63,744 nucleotides of DNA, filler included, from Octopus bimaculoides (GCF_001194135.2; 6 parts of 6 records of this genome joined end to end with filler, not necessarily neighbours in it); one strand, 5' to 3'. Shown: positions 33,535 to 46,489, counted from the whole stretch's first letter. Made by a program: numbers and translations. Notes: a model not told the origin generated them from the sequence alone.

Positions 33535-33875
33535 ATGGAAGAAGTTGAGACAATCTCCGAACAAGTCAAAAGAATTGGAAGAAGAATTGGAAGAAGAAGA
33601 AGAATTGGAAGAAGAAGAAGAAGAATTAGAAGAAGAAGAATTGGAAGAAGAAGAAGAAGAAGAAGAAGAAGAAGAATTGGAAGAAGAAGAAGAAGAAAGA
33701 AAAAGAAGAAGAAATAAGAAGAAAAAGAAGAAGAAAGAAGAAGAATTAGAAGAAGAAGAAGAAGAAGAAGAAGAAAGAAAAAGAAGAAAAAGAAGAAGAA
33801 TAATTGGAAGAAGAAGAAGAAGAATTGGAAGAAGAAAAAGAAGAAGAAGAAGAAGAAGAAGAAGAAAAAGAAGAT
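33535..33875. repeat. (GAA)n tract punctuated by GAATTG/GAATTA
   Basis: Directly visible. Confidence 0.95.
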
Positions 33876-34174
33876 GATGTTGATGATGACATCACTGTGA
33901 TGACAATTTCGGAAAGACTGCAATAGACTGAGAGAGTCCACATCCCCATTAACACAGGGTGGGCAAATCTTTTTCAACAGACCATCTCTGGGTTTGTTGA
34001 GCTCTAATTAGCTCACTCGCGATCTAATTAATACATTGGGCTACAGACGACAGCTACTGAGCTGGAAGTAAAGGCACAAGGCTTGATGTAATGATTGCAT
34101 TGTTCAATTAAATGGAGCCACTTGAAACAGTCGTACTGTATCACCTCTGGATATCCTCTTCCTTATTTTGATTT

Positions 34175-34189
<15 letters not shown>

Positions 34190-34205
<16 letters not shown>

Positions 34206-34412
34206 ATGTGTGTGTGTCTGTGCTTTAGCCCCATCACTGCTTGATAATGTGTTAGTGTGTTTACATTCACGTAACTTTGTGGTTTGGCAAAAGAGACCAA
34301 TATAATAAGTACTAGGCTTAAAACAAGAAATAAACCCTGGGGTCAGTTTGTTGAACTGTGCTCCAGCAGGGCCACAGTCAAGTAGCTGAAGTAAGTAAGA
34401 GAATAAAAAAAT
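34190..34412 (+). mobile_element. SINE family A, 3' half
   Basis: GGCAAAAGAGACCAATATAATAAGTACTAGGC...GTGCTCCAGCAGGGCCACAGTC. Confidence 0.8.
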
Positions 34413-34465
34413 GAAACATATATACATGCACAAACACACACACACACACGCCTATATAGGTGTGT

Positions 34466-34683
34466 TATTTCTTTACTACCCACAAGGGGCTACACACAGA
34501 GGGGACAAACAAGGACAGACAAACGGATTAAGTCGATAATACCGACCCCAGTGCGTAACTGGTACTTATTTAATCGACCCCGAAAGGATGAAAGGCAAAG
34601 TCGACCTTGGCGGAATTTGAACTCAGACGAAATACCGTTAAGCATTTCGCCCGGCGTGCTAATGTTTCTGCCAACTCGCCGCC
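34466..34683 (-). mobile_element. SINE family B long-tail subtype, full length, with TSD
   Basis: TSD TATATAGGTGTGT at 34453-34465 and 34684-34696. Confidence 0.93.
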
Positions 34684-35348
34684 TATATAGGTGTGTATAT
34701 GTGTGTGTTAATTGGTTCTTAAAGCTGTAGCTCTGGTGTTTCCCTTGTACACTGCAGATTCTTCAGACAATTAAAACTGGGTGGTTAGACACATTATAAC
34801 ATCGTCCAAACAAAGGAAGCATTATAAAAAGGAAAAAAATAGTATGTCTTCTCACTCAATGATAGTAATAACAGTGAAAGTCTTCGTAATATAATAAATT
34901 AAAAATATTGATGAAAAAAATATCAATGAATTTAATGGCAACCCTGATATTAATAATAGAAATGATTGCCACATCAACAAGAAGAAGAGCAACAATAACA
35001 ACATTGGCAAATGGGTTTGAGATATACAGGACAATGATTCATGCACGGTTGACAGGTTATACACATAGTTATACATGTGTGCACATGTTTCCACACACAT
35101 GAATTTGAATATACGTACACATGCATATAGAGTGTGCAAGCTTGCTTATACTGACATGAGATTCTAAAGACAAGATTCTGAACATGTGCACCTATATGTG
35201 CTGATGTGCACACATGCACGCCCAACCATTTGTATAACGGATGCTCATGCACATAGTCACATACCCACATGTGTGCACATTCATATGCACACTGACATGT
35301 ACCAAAGTACAAACACACGCAAATATATGTTATATATAAATACATACA

Positions 35349-35390
<42 letters not shown>

Positions 35391-35674
35391 NNNNNNNNNN
35401 NNNNNNNNNNNNNNNNNNNNNNNNNNNNNNNNNNNNNNNNNNNNNNNNNNNNNNNNNNNNNNNNNNNNNNNNNNNNNNNNNNNNNNNNNNNNNNNNNNNN
35501 NNNNNNNNNNNNNNNNNNNNNNNNNNNNNNNNNNNNNNNNNNNNNNNNNNNNNNNNNNNNNNNNNNNNNNNNNNNNNNNNNNNNNNNNNNNNNNNNNNNN
35601 NNNNNNNNNNNNNNNNNNNNNNNNNNNNNNNNNNNNNNNNNNNNNNNNNNNNNNNNNNNNNNNNNNNNNNNNNN

Positions 35675-35713
<39 letters not shown>

Positions 35714-35847
35714 CATACATGCTTACATACATTCAAATGTGCATAAATACATACATATTATAAATATCTGTGTGTGCATGTGTATGCGTAGGTATATGTA
35801 TATATATATCTATATATATATACATATATAGAGATATATATTATCAG

Positions 35848-35896
<49 letters not shown>

Positions 35897-36351
35897 AAGA
35901 GATGTATATATATATATATGTGTGTGTATGCATGTAATAGTAGTCTATATTTCTGATTTCATTCCACAGCCACCCTTTACCAAATAATTTTCAAATTTTA
36001 TTTTAATACTCCAACAACTTCCAATGCTTTCCTTCCTTCACTCAATGTCATCACCAACGTTTCTTCTTCGTATTCTTGTTCCGTATCAATTGCTTTCTAA
36101 ACTTTTATGATTTATGTAACTCCTTTACAAATTCAGTTCTCTTCACAATTTTTTTTTTTTCCTTTTATTGACTTCATATTTTAGAAATACAAAACAAAAT
36201 TTAACAAATATGACACTTATATTGACATTCATTTAATGTTAATACTCGCATCATTTCTGTTTTTTCATTCTGCAAACTGCTCCGTAGCAATTCTTTGCTT
36301 TATTTCACATTTCCTGCTGGAAATATATTTTTTTCAGGAATTTTATTCCTT

Positions 36352-36505
36352 GCTTGGCTGTGTGGTAAGAGGTTGGCTTACCAACCACATGGTCCTGGGT
36401 TCAGTCCCACTGGATGCCACCTGGGGCAAGTGCCTTCTACTAAACTTCTGGGCTGCGTTGTGGGTGAATTTGGTAGACATAAACTGAAATAAGTTTGTTG
36501 TATAT
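36352..36505 (+). mobile_element. SINE family A, 5' half
   Basis: GGCTGTGTGGTAAGAGG...GGGTTCAGTCCCACTG...GGGCAAGTG. Confidence 0.88.
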
Positions 36506-36522
36506 ATACATATACACACACA

Positions 36523-36578
<56 letters not shown>

Positions 36579-36890
36579 NNNNNNNNNNNNNNNNNNNNNN
36601 NNNNNNNNNNNNNNNNNNNNNNNNNNNNNNNNNNNNNNNNNNNNNNNNNNNNNNNNNNNNNNNNNNNNNNNNNNNNNNNNNNNNNNNNNNNNNNNNNNNN
36701 NNNNNNNNNNNNNNNNNNNNNNNNNNNNNNNNNNNNNNNNNNNNNNNNNNNNNNNNNNNNNNNNNNNNNNNNNNNNNNNNNNNNNNNNNNNNNNNNNNNN
36801 NNNNNNNNNNNNNNNNNNNNNNNNNNNNNNNNNNNNNNNNNNNNNNNNNNNNNNNNNNNNNNNNNNNNNNNNNNNNNNNNNNNNNNNNNC

Positions 36891-37181
36891 GTTGAAGGAC
36901 GTAGGCTTGAAACATAAAAGACTTTCTCACCTTCCTGAGCATTAAGCTAATATACCTGCTTGTTGTTTATACACCTGTCTTCATTTTTTGTTTTTCTGTA
37001 AATTTCAATTATATATATATAAAGTCTTTATTCGCTCTCTGTTTCTGTTCCGTTGAAGGACGTAGGCTTGAAACATAAAAGACTTTCTCACCTTCCTGAG
37101 CATTAAGCTAATATACCTGCTTGTTGTTTATACACCTGTCTTCATTTTTTGTTTTTCTGTAAATTTCAATTATATATATAT
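36891..37181. repeat. Two identical ~130-bp copies (161-bp period) each ending in (TA)n
   Basis: GTTGAAGGACGTAGGCTTGAAACATAAAAGAC... at 36891 and 37052; abuts an N gap. Confidence 0.9.
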
Positions 37182-37187
37182 AAGGAT

Positions 37188-37575
37188 AACCTCGGCAGAA
37201 TTTGAACTCAGAACATAGCGACATATCAAATACTGCTAACTATTTTGCCCAATGCATTAACATTTCTGCCAGCTCGCTGCCTTTCAGTTTCCATCTACCA
37301 AATCCACTCACAAGGCTTTGTTCAGACCAAGTCTATAGTAGAAGGTACTTTCCTAAGGTGCCATGCAGTGGGACTGAACTCAAAACAACATGGTTGTAAA
37401 GCAAGCTTCTCAACCACACACCCATCCTGCATGTATGATACTATTCTACCAACCCTGGAAGTATAGAATGCAAAGTTGACTTCATTTGAATTTGAACTCA
37501 AAGCACAGAGAGTCAAATGAAATACCATGATGCATTGTGCCAATTACACTAACAACCCTGTCAATTCGGCGCCAT
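37188..37575 (-). mobile_element. Cluster of degraded SINEs (B head, A 5' half, B)
   Basis: B: 37188-37281 and ~37440-37575; A: 37282-37425. Confidence 0.7.
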
Positions 37576-37683
37576 TCAAGGAATAACTTAATTTTGACAA
37601 ATTTCTGAACTAAATCTGGACTTATTTTCCAACATATAGAAAGGAAATACAATGATACATACATCTATATACATACATACATA

Positions 37684-37715
<32 letters not shown>

Positions 37716-39924
37716 NNNNNNNNNNNNNNNNNNNNNNNNNNNNNNNNNNNNNNNNNNNNNNNNNNNNNNNNNNNNNNNNNNNNNNNNNNNNNNNNNNNNN
37801 NNNNNNNNNNNNNNNNNNNNNNNNNNNNNNNNNNNNNNNNNNNNNNNNNNNNNNNNNNNNNNNNNNNNNNNNNNNNNNNNNNNNNNNNNNNNNNNNNNNN
37901 NNNNNNNNNNNNNNNNNNNNNNNNNNNNNNNNNNNNNNNNNNNNNNNNNNNNNNNNNNNNNNNNNNNNNNNNNNNNNNNNNNNNNNNNNNNNNNNNNNNN
38001 NNNNNNNNNNNNNNNNNNNNNNNNNNNNNNNNNNNNNNNNNNNNNNNNNNNNNNNNNNNNNNNNNNNNNNNNNNNNNNNNNNNNNNNNNNNNNNNNNNNN
38101 NNNNNNNNNNNNNNNNNNNNNNNNNNNNNNNNNNNNNNNNNNNNNNNNNNNNNNNNNNNNNNNNNNNNNNNNNNNNNNNNNNNNNNNNNNNNNNNNNNNN
38201 NNNNNNNNNNNNNNNNNNNNNNNNNNNNNNNNNNNNNNNNNNNNNNNNNNNNNNNNNNNNNNNNNNNNNNNNNNNNNNNNNNNNNNNNNNNNNNNNNNNN
38301 NNNNNNNNNNNNATATATATATATATATATACCTGTACAAATACTCATATAGAAAGATACATATACAAATATATATATGTATGTATAAGCATATAACTAT
38401 ATAATATATATATATATATACACACTCTCCCTAACAAACACCCACATACCCACGCAAAAGTATAACATAATTATTTAGTTTGACTTTCATCTCAGACAAA
38501 TCGGAATGCTTTGCCGTCATCATAGCAACCGATTCTTATCAACACTGGAACTGAATAAGACTACAAAGATAGACGTCGCAGAAAAATGGCTGATACCATT
38601 TCATGCAATAACTAAATTTCTACCAATTCGAGGACTAAATCTAGACAATGTGGACATGTTTTCTAAATTTATATGTATGAAATGGAATTATATTTATATA
38701 TGATTATGTGAAATATGATTATGTATATGTATGTATAGTGTGTATATAAATGCAGTATGTGTTTGGTATATAATGGGATAACTTAGTTTAGCTTTCATCT
38801 CCAGCAACTTCAATGCTTTGTCGTGTGTTTGTGTGTGTGCGTGTGTGCTTCTATATATGTGTGCATGTTTCAATGTATATATATGTGTGTATATATGTAC
38901 ATGTATATGAATATATGTATATGTTTATATATATATATATATATATGTGTATGTATATGTGTGTATANNNNNNNNNNNNNNNNNNNNNNNNNNNNNNNNN
39001 NNNNNNNNNNNNNNNNNNNNNNNNNNNNNNNNNNNNNNNNNNNNNNNNNNNNNNNNNNNNNNNNNNNNNNNNNNNNNNNNNNNNNNNNNNNNNNNNNNNN
39101 NNNNNNNNNNNNNNNNNNNNNNNNNNNNNNNNNNNNNNNNNNNNNNNNNNNNNNNNNNNNNNNNNNNNNNNNNNNNNNNNNNNNNNNNNNNNNNNNNNNN
39201 NNNNNNNNNNNNNNNNNNNNNNNNNNNNNNNNNNNNNNNNNNNNNNNNNNNNNNNNNNNNNNNNNNNNNNNNNNNNNNNNNNNNNNNNNNNNNNNNNNNN
39301 NNNNNNNNNNNNNNNNNNNNNNNNNNNNNNNNNNNNNNNNNNNNNNNNNNNNNNNNNNNNNNNNNNNNNNNNNNNNNNNNNNNNNNNNNNNNNNNNNNNN
39401 NNNNNNNNNNNNNNNNNNNNNNNNNNNNNNNNNNNNNNNNNNNNNNNNNNNNNNNNNNNNNNNNNNNNNNNNNNNNNNNNNNNNNNNNNNNNNNNNNNNN
39501 NNNNNNNNNNNNNNNNNNNNNNNNNNNNNNNNNNNNNNNNNNNNNNNNNNNNNNNNNNNNNNNNNNNNNNNNNNNNNNNNNNNNNNNNNNNNNNNNNNNN
39601 NNNNNNNNNNNNNNNNNNNNNNNNNNNNNNNNNNNNNNNNNNNNNNNNNNNNNNNNNNNNNNNNNNNNNNNNNNNNNNNNNNNNNNNNNNNNNNNNNNNN
39701 NNNNNNNNNNNNNNNNNNNNNNNNNNNNNNNNNNNNNNNNNNNNNNNNNNNNNNNNNNNNNNNNNNNNNNNNNNNNNNNNNNNATATACACACACATATA
39801 TATACAACAGAAAAATCGTCCTGAAGGGATTCAGATGACCAATGCACGCATTGAAAAGTGGATGTAAAAATAACACAAATGAAGTTGCTGGTGACGACAG
39901 AGAGGCAGAAAGTGCATCAGATGG

Positions 39925-40050
39925 ATTCTTTCAGTTTCCATCTACCAAATCCATTCACAAGTCTTTGGGTGACCTTGAGCTATAATAGAAGACATTTGCA
40001 CAAGGTGTGTAATAGGATTGAACTCACAACCATGTCGTTGCAAAGCAATA
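39925..40050 (-). mobile_element. SINE family A, 5' half, degraded
   Basis: TTTCAGTTTCCATCTACCAAATCCATTCACAAG...CTATAATAGAAGACA. Confidence 0.8.
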
Positions 40051-40164
40051 TTCTTTACCTGAAAAATGTTTATGGAGACAATTTCTTTTTCTAATGTTGC
40101 AACAGGTCTTTGAGGACATCTAGTAAAATTGTGGTACCAGTATTCCATATTAGTTTCAAACTTT

Positions 40165-40358
40165 GGTAAAATGCTAGCAATTTCAGGAAAGGGGTTAAGT
40201 CGATTAGCTTAACCCCAGTGCTCAACTTGGATCTATTTAATTGACCCTGAAACGATGAAAGGCAAAGTTGACCACAACAGGATTTGAACTCAGATTGTGG
40301 ATGAAATGCTACTAGGTATTTCGTCTGACATACTCACAGTTCTACCAACTCGCTGCCC
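40165..40358 (-). mobile_element. SINE family B
   Basis: GATGAAAGGCAAAGTTGACC...GATTTGAACTCAG...CAACTCGCTGCC. Confidence 0.85.
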
Positions 40359-40374
40359 TAAAATAATAATAATT

Positions 40375-40741
40375 ATAATGAACACTCAATGAGTGCATAC
40401 CTCTGCTAAGGCAACACCAACATCCTCTCATTGATTAACTGGAGATGATTTTTAAAATGAGAATATCTGAAATAAACTCAACTGCTCTCACAAATGAGAA
40501 TACTAAAAATGAACCTGACCGTTCTCAAAAATTAAGTAAAAAACAGGAAAAATAATCCAGAATCCTTGTCCAGTACTGGATCAATCCCCAAATCTAATCA
40601 GTTTGTGCCAGTCACAAGGCCAAATATCCCTGAGAGTTTCATTTGAATCCATCCAGCAGTTCTTGAGATATCTAGTCCATGGACAGACAAACAAACATGA
40701 GTGAAAACAATACCTCCACCTTTGCTAAGGCAGCGGTAATA
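40375..40741. mobile_element. Helentron-associated-like non-autonomous element (HINE/DINE-type), copy 1
   Basis: Subterminal ACCTCTGCTAAGGC near one end and hairpin TACCTCCACCTTTGCTAAGGCAGCGGTA at the other; no TSD seen; AT-rich flanks. Confidence 0.65.
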
Positions 40742-40756
40742 ATAATAATAATAATG

Positions 40757-40792
<36 letters not shown>

Positions 40793-40794
40793 TA

Positions 40795-41167
40795 TAGCAA
40801 GAGCATTCTGAAAGTGCAAACCTCTGCCAAGGTAACACCAGTGTCCTCTCAACAATAAGCCGGAGATGATTTTTAAAATGAGAATATCTGAAATAAACTT
40901 GATTGCTCTCACAAACAAGAATACTAAAAATGAACCTGACCGCTTTCAAAAATTTAGTAAAAAAAACAGGAAAAATAATCCAGAATCCTTGTCTGGTACC
41001 AGATTGATCCCCAAATCTAATCAGTTTGTGCCAGTTACATGGCCAAATATCCCTGAAAGTTTCATCTGAATCCATCCAGCAGTTCTTGAGATATCTTGTC
41101 CACAAACAAAAAAATAAGCAAACACAACTGAAAACAATACCTCTGACTTTGCTAAGACAGAGGTAAT
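40795..41167. mobile_element. Helentron-associated-like element, copy 2 (tandem, diverged)
   Basis: Colinear with copy 1 with many substitutions; separated from it by (TAA)n. Confidence 0.65.
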
Positions 41168-41277
41168 AATGGTTTCANNNNNNNNNNNNNNNNNNNNNNN
41201 NNNNNNNNNNNNNNNNNNNNNTTAATTAATTAANNNNNNNNNNNNNNNNNNNNNNNNNNNNNNNNNNNNNNNNNNNN

Positions 41278-41315
<38 letters not shown>

Positions 41316-41318
41316 ATC

Positions 41319-43194
41319 CACGTTGAAAATCCTTTATCCGAAATTCCAAAATCTGAAAGTTTTTTGAATGTTGACATGACAATCCCCAAATGGAAAATTG
41401 CTGGGAACGTTCCACCAAGATGATGTCATACCTCTTTACATATGCAAAAAAGATTATTTTCAGAGTCCATCAGTAAGCTTGAGGAAGAGGATATTGAAGA
41501 AGTTCTTAACATCAATAATGATGCTCCAGGTGTTTGTTTCAATGACTGATAGTGAAATAGCTGAATTAGAGAAATGCTACAACAAATTCTTTTATTACTG
41601 ACGCAGATGGCACTGCATTGATTCTAGTGTCATTGTTTCATTATAAATATAATGCTGACATTTTCAGTTTACATTATATTTACCTGTGATCAAATTCTAT
41701 GTTTTATTTTTATACAAAAATCTTAACGTTAGACAAAACAAGACTTTCTTGGTGGATACTAACTTGCCGAACTTTCCAGCTCATAGTGATGCCATCGATC
41801 ATATAATGTCTTCCTCAAGTTTCTCAGACCTGATGTTACTGTAATGTCAGGAGCTGAATTTATCTTCAAGTTTGTTAACAGTAATCATCATGTTATTTTT
41901 TATGAGATTGGAATTACTCTCAAAATAAAATACTCTTTTCAATTTTCATTTTATTTACCCATGATCGTATTCGATGTTTTGATTTTATACCTTACATAAA
42001 ATCTAGTATCTGTATAGCGAGAAATAAAATACATCTGATGTACATGTACTGTAACCTTTTAACGAAAACGTAACATTGTAGGATTTATTCCATCTCAATC
42101 ACAGATTTTTTAATTAATTTTTTTTTTAACTAAACAGTTTGAAACTGGAACACGGTTTACTCAACGTTTTTGACAAAATTTCGTATTTTAGAAGTTATTT
42201 CGTGTTAAAATTGTCATATTTGGGTAATTTTAACCAATCAACAGTGTATTCAGTTGAAGAAAGCTACTGCTGTTTGCAAGAGTAATCGAAGAGGAACAAC
42301 TTCCGGGTCATCTCTACTAAATGTCACCACTCTGTTCGAAGAATCAACACCATAGACCAACGAGTCCGCAGCTAGCATTTTTGTTGTTGACTTATATATA
42401 GTTTCAAAATGCCTTATTTTACAACTATGAGATGTTTTGTTACTGTGATGATTTTATCTTACTATAATCAACAACTAGATAAAAAATAACATTATCAAAA
42501 CATGAAGGTAAAACAAAACAAATAGCGGCTTACACACCGGAAAATACATTAATTGTAGTGGCAGTGACAAGTTCGCTCGCTGGTTGCTAGTTGATTATGT
42601 AGAAGGAAGGGAAGGAGTAAGGAATGCACGGTGCTGACTAGAAAGGATAAAGGTGACATCGTCTTCGCTTGCCGTACGAATAGAACAGAGTGGTGACATT
42701 TAGTAGAGATGACCCGGAAGTTGTTCCTCTTCGATTACTCTTGCAAACAGCAGTAGCTTTCTTCAACCGAATACACGTCGTTGATTGGTTGAAATTACCC
42801 AAATACGACAATTTTAACACGAAATAACTTCTAAAATACGGAATTTTGTCAAAAACGTTCAGATTCTACCAGTATTCGAAAGTTCAAACTGTTTAGTTTT
42901 TAAAAAATTAATTAAAAAATCTGTAATTGAGATGGAATAGATCCACATTGTACATGGTGATTGATATCTTACCTTTCGGATTGGTATTATGTATATATTA
43001 AAAAATCTTAATTTTATACAAAACTACATTCTGTGTATGTATATAATCTGTATTAGAAGATATAAATGGGTTTTGTGTTTAGACTTGGATTCCATCCTAA
43101 AACTGACTCATTTTATAGATGGGAATTTTAAAATATGCCGAAACCTGAAAAAATCCGAAATCAGCAACACTTTATATCCCAGGAATCTCAACTA
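41319..43194 (+). mobile_element. Tigger/pogo-family transposon relic (Tigger4/MER46-like ends), interrupted by a MITE
   Basis: Left end CACGTTGAAAATCCTTTATCCGAAATTCCAAAATCTGAAAGTTTTTTGAATGTTGACATGAC; transposase remnant SKLEEEDIEEVLNINNDAP..MTDSEIAE (~41465-41570); right end GTGTTTAGACTTGG..CCATCC...AAAAAATCCGAAATC...CTCAAC. Confidence 0.75.
42081..42944. mobile_element. MITE with ~260-bp TIRs, GG...CC ends and a perfect 8-bp TSD (Merlin-like)
   Basis: TSD ACATTGTA at 42073-42080 and 42945-42952; arms 42081-~42340 vs ~42688-42944; shares the TTGTC.TATTT...TAATTT.AACCAATCA motif with the 9630-10205 MITE. Confidence 0.93.
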
Positions 43195-44496
43195 AATATA
43201 TATATATGACCAACTACTTTCTCCCTTTCTCCCTTCCCCCATTTTCACACTACATACGTCAAGATCACCAGCAGTCTACCTCCCACACACAGCCCCTCGT
43301 TCCCGATCACCGTTTGTTATCTCCCCCTTTCTTAGCTCTCCTGAAATAAGAATTTCTAACTTCCGGTCAGCCATTGTTATGATCGGCCATTATTATGATT
43401 GACCGTTGACTGAACACTATTCAATTTTTTTTCTCNNNNNNNNNNNNNNNNNNNNNNNNNNNNNNNNNNNNNNNNNNNNNNNNNNNNNNNNNNNNNNNNN
43501 NNNNNNNNNNNNNNNNNNNNNNNNNNNNNNNNNNNNNNNNNNNNNNNNNNNNNNNNNNNNNNNNNNNNNNNNNNNNNNNNNNNNNNNNNNNNNNNNNNNN
43601 NNNNNNNNNNNNNNNNNNNNNNNNNCTCGTCTGTTGTTATTTTTTGTATATTCTCCCATATATATATATATATATATATAGTCTTTCTATATATATATAG
43701 TTTTAGGGAAAAGAACCAAGGTTCATGAACTCATCAATGAAAATCCACTGTCACATATAGAAAGATTAATAAATAAAAGCACAATAAATAAGTATAATAT
43801 AATACAAAGTAAATATCATAAGATAAAGATAATAAAACGACTACACGTGTTTCATAACCAATTTTCAAATAGAAAGAAAATTTTAATCGATTAGAATCGA
43901 TTAAAACTATCGAAAATCAATTCTATTAAAAAATATAGCTAATATATATAGCTAATAATATTATAACAAGGCATAAGTTGAAGCAGGGTATAAGGATCGA
44001 TTGTTATATAGACCAAGGAACAAAATTAAGAAGAATACAAATATGAATGGGTCCCCAAGTATAATGGTTAATAACTCTGGGAGCAATAATAGCAACTCAG
44101 CCCTCTACCCCTGTAGAAATATAGTGAAGCCAGCAGGAGAAACGTGTCAACATGTCCGCCGAACCAATCTCCTAATGTGCGGTCATCTGTGACTGACTGT
44201 TGAATCTGTTACGCAGTGGGGTGTGAGATAACAGTTAGATGTCTGCCACTAATACCACCATCTTGATAGTTTATGACCACAGAAAATGACATTCACCTGG
44301 TAACACTCGCGCATGTGTATACCTCTGTATATGCGTTCACGTCAAAGAGTCCTCAATTTTAACCTTGACAGGTTTTATTCTCTATCTTTTATGATTTAAT
44401 TTATGTTATACATTCACTGTCAACTATAGCCAGTTCCATTTGCGGGTTACAACTCAATATATCAATATATCTAGTGGGATATATATATATATATAT

Positions 44497-46345
44497 ATAC
44501 ATGGAACAAATAGTACTGCAACCAACCAGGACAGGTAACATACTGGATCTCTGCTTCACAAATAATATGGATCTCATCCATAATGTGAAGGTGACACCGA
44601 CGCTACTCTCGGATTACAACATGGTAGAGCTGACCATGTACGGACCAAAGGAAACCAAGGACATGCAGCCTACAAGAAATTCTCAGAATCTTTCCAATTT
44701 GAACTTCCATAAGGCAAACTGGAAACAAATTGAGAAAGAGATCCTCAAACAAAACTGGCCTCTCCTCACCGGACATCGACATGAAACTTAAACAATTCAT
44801 GTCTGTAATGCAAGCCATATGCTACAAATGTGTCCCGGAGAGAAAGACCACTGTACACAAGAACAAAATCCCCACGGAGAGGAAAATTCTTATGAGACGG
44901 CGTACAAAAGTTTCAAATCGCCTAAACAAACATTGAAAAAAAATCTGCAAACATTGAAAAAAAATCTGCAACTCACCCACGAAAAAGAAAGAGCAGACAA
45001 AGAAGCCTGGGCTATAGACAATATAAAATCTAACCCCAGAGCTTTCTACAAGTTTGCCAAAGAAACAGCTTCANNNNNNNNNNNNNNNNNNNNNNNNNNN
45101 NNNNNNNNNNNNNNNNNNNNNNNNNNNNNNNNNNNNNNNNNNNNNNNNNNNNNNNNNNNNNNNNNNNNNNNNNNNNNNNNNNNNNNNNNNNNNNNNNNNN
45201 NNNNNNNNNNNNNNNNNNNNNNNNNNNNNNNNNNNNNNNNNNNNNNNNNNNNNNNNNNNNNNNNNNNNNNNNNNNNNNNNNNNNNNNNNNNNNNNNNNNN
45301 NNNNNNNNNNNNNNNNNNNNNNNNNNNNNNNNNNNNNNNNNNNNNNNNNNNNNNNNNNNNNNNNNNNNNNNNNNNNNNNNNNNNNNNNNNNNNNNNNNNN
45401 NNNNNNNNNNNNNNNNNATATAAAGGAAAACGATGTAATAAGGGCTATAGATGAATTGAACCCAAACTCAGCTACTGGCTCTGATGGATTCCCAGCAATC
45501 CTTCTAAAAGTATATAAACGAGTCCTAGCAAGACCGCTGCAGTCCCTCTTTCAGAGCTTCCTTGCATCTGGCAAACTCCCAAGAAAACTGACGGAGGGTA
45601 AAATATGTCCTATTCATAAAGGAGGTAGCAGAGCGGAGGCCAAGAACTACAGACCTATCTCTCTGACCTCGCACATCTGCAAGGTCATGGAACGAATAGT
45701 CAGAAGAAAACTAATTGCCTTCCTTGAAGAAAATGACTTCCTGCCTGACACTCAACATGGTTTCTGACCAGGAAGAAGCTGCCTGACTCAGCTCTTACAA
45801 CACTATGACTGGGTGCTGAAACAGCTACTGAACCACTCAAATGTGGAAGTGATATATCTTGACTTTGCAAAGGCCTTTGATAAAGTCGATTATGGAATGA
45901 TATGTTACAAACTGCGTGATCTCAGCATAGTTGGAAAATTGGGAGAATGGCTTCATGACTTTCTGAAGGATAGAAGTCAGGTGGTAGTAGCCAATGAGGC
46001 CACCTCCAATGACACGCAAATAGTGAGCGGTGTTCCGCAAGGCACTGTTTTGAGACCACTACTGTTCATAATGGCTCTCTCAGACATGCCCTCAGCCACA
46101 CAGAGAGCCACGGTCACAAGTTATGCAGATGATACAAAAGTCTCACAGGTAATACAGAACCCTGAAGACACTATGCACCTGCAATGTGAGCTGGATGAAA
46201 TATACAAGTGGAGAAAAGAATAGCATGCAGTTTAACGCTGAAAAGTTTCAAGCCTTGTGCTATCAGCATGCAAATCTAAATGCAGTGCCCGTTAAATACA
46301 ATGGACCTGGAGGGACTGCAATCCCAGAAGCAGAGACAGTGTATA
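44497..46345 (+). pseudogene. CR1/Jockey-type LINE ORF2 relic (APE C-terminus, linker, RT), with stops and a gap
   Basis: QPTRTGNILDLCFTN; YRPISLTSHICKVMERIV; QHGF*PGRSCLTQLL; YLDFAKAFDKVD; SGVPQGTVLRPLLF; SYADDTK. Confidence 0.93.
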
Positions 46346-46489
46346 TATATNNNNNNNNNNNNNNNNNNNNNNNNNNNNNNNNNNNNNNNNNNNNTTAATT
46401 AATTAANNNNNNNNNNNNNNNNNNNNNNNNNNNNNNNNNNNNNNNNNNNNTATATATATATATATATATATGTATGTATTCTTTAATTC

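Noticed and set aside
44124-44148. Hammerhead near-misses (also 15520-15550, 51510-51560, 57560-57625)
   Set aside because: Core nucleotides missing or in the wrong order, and stem I does not close.
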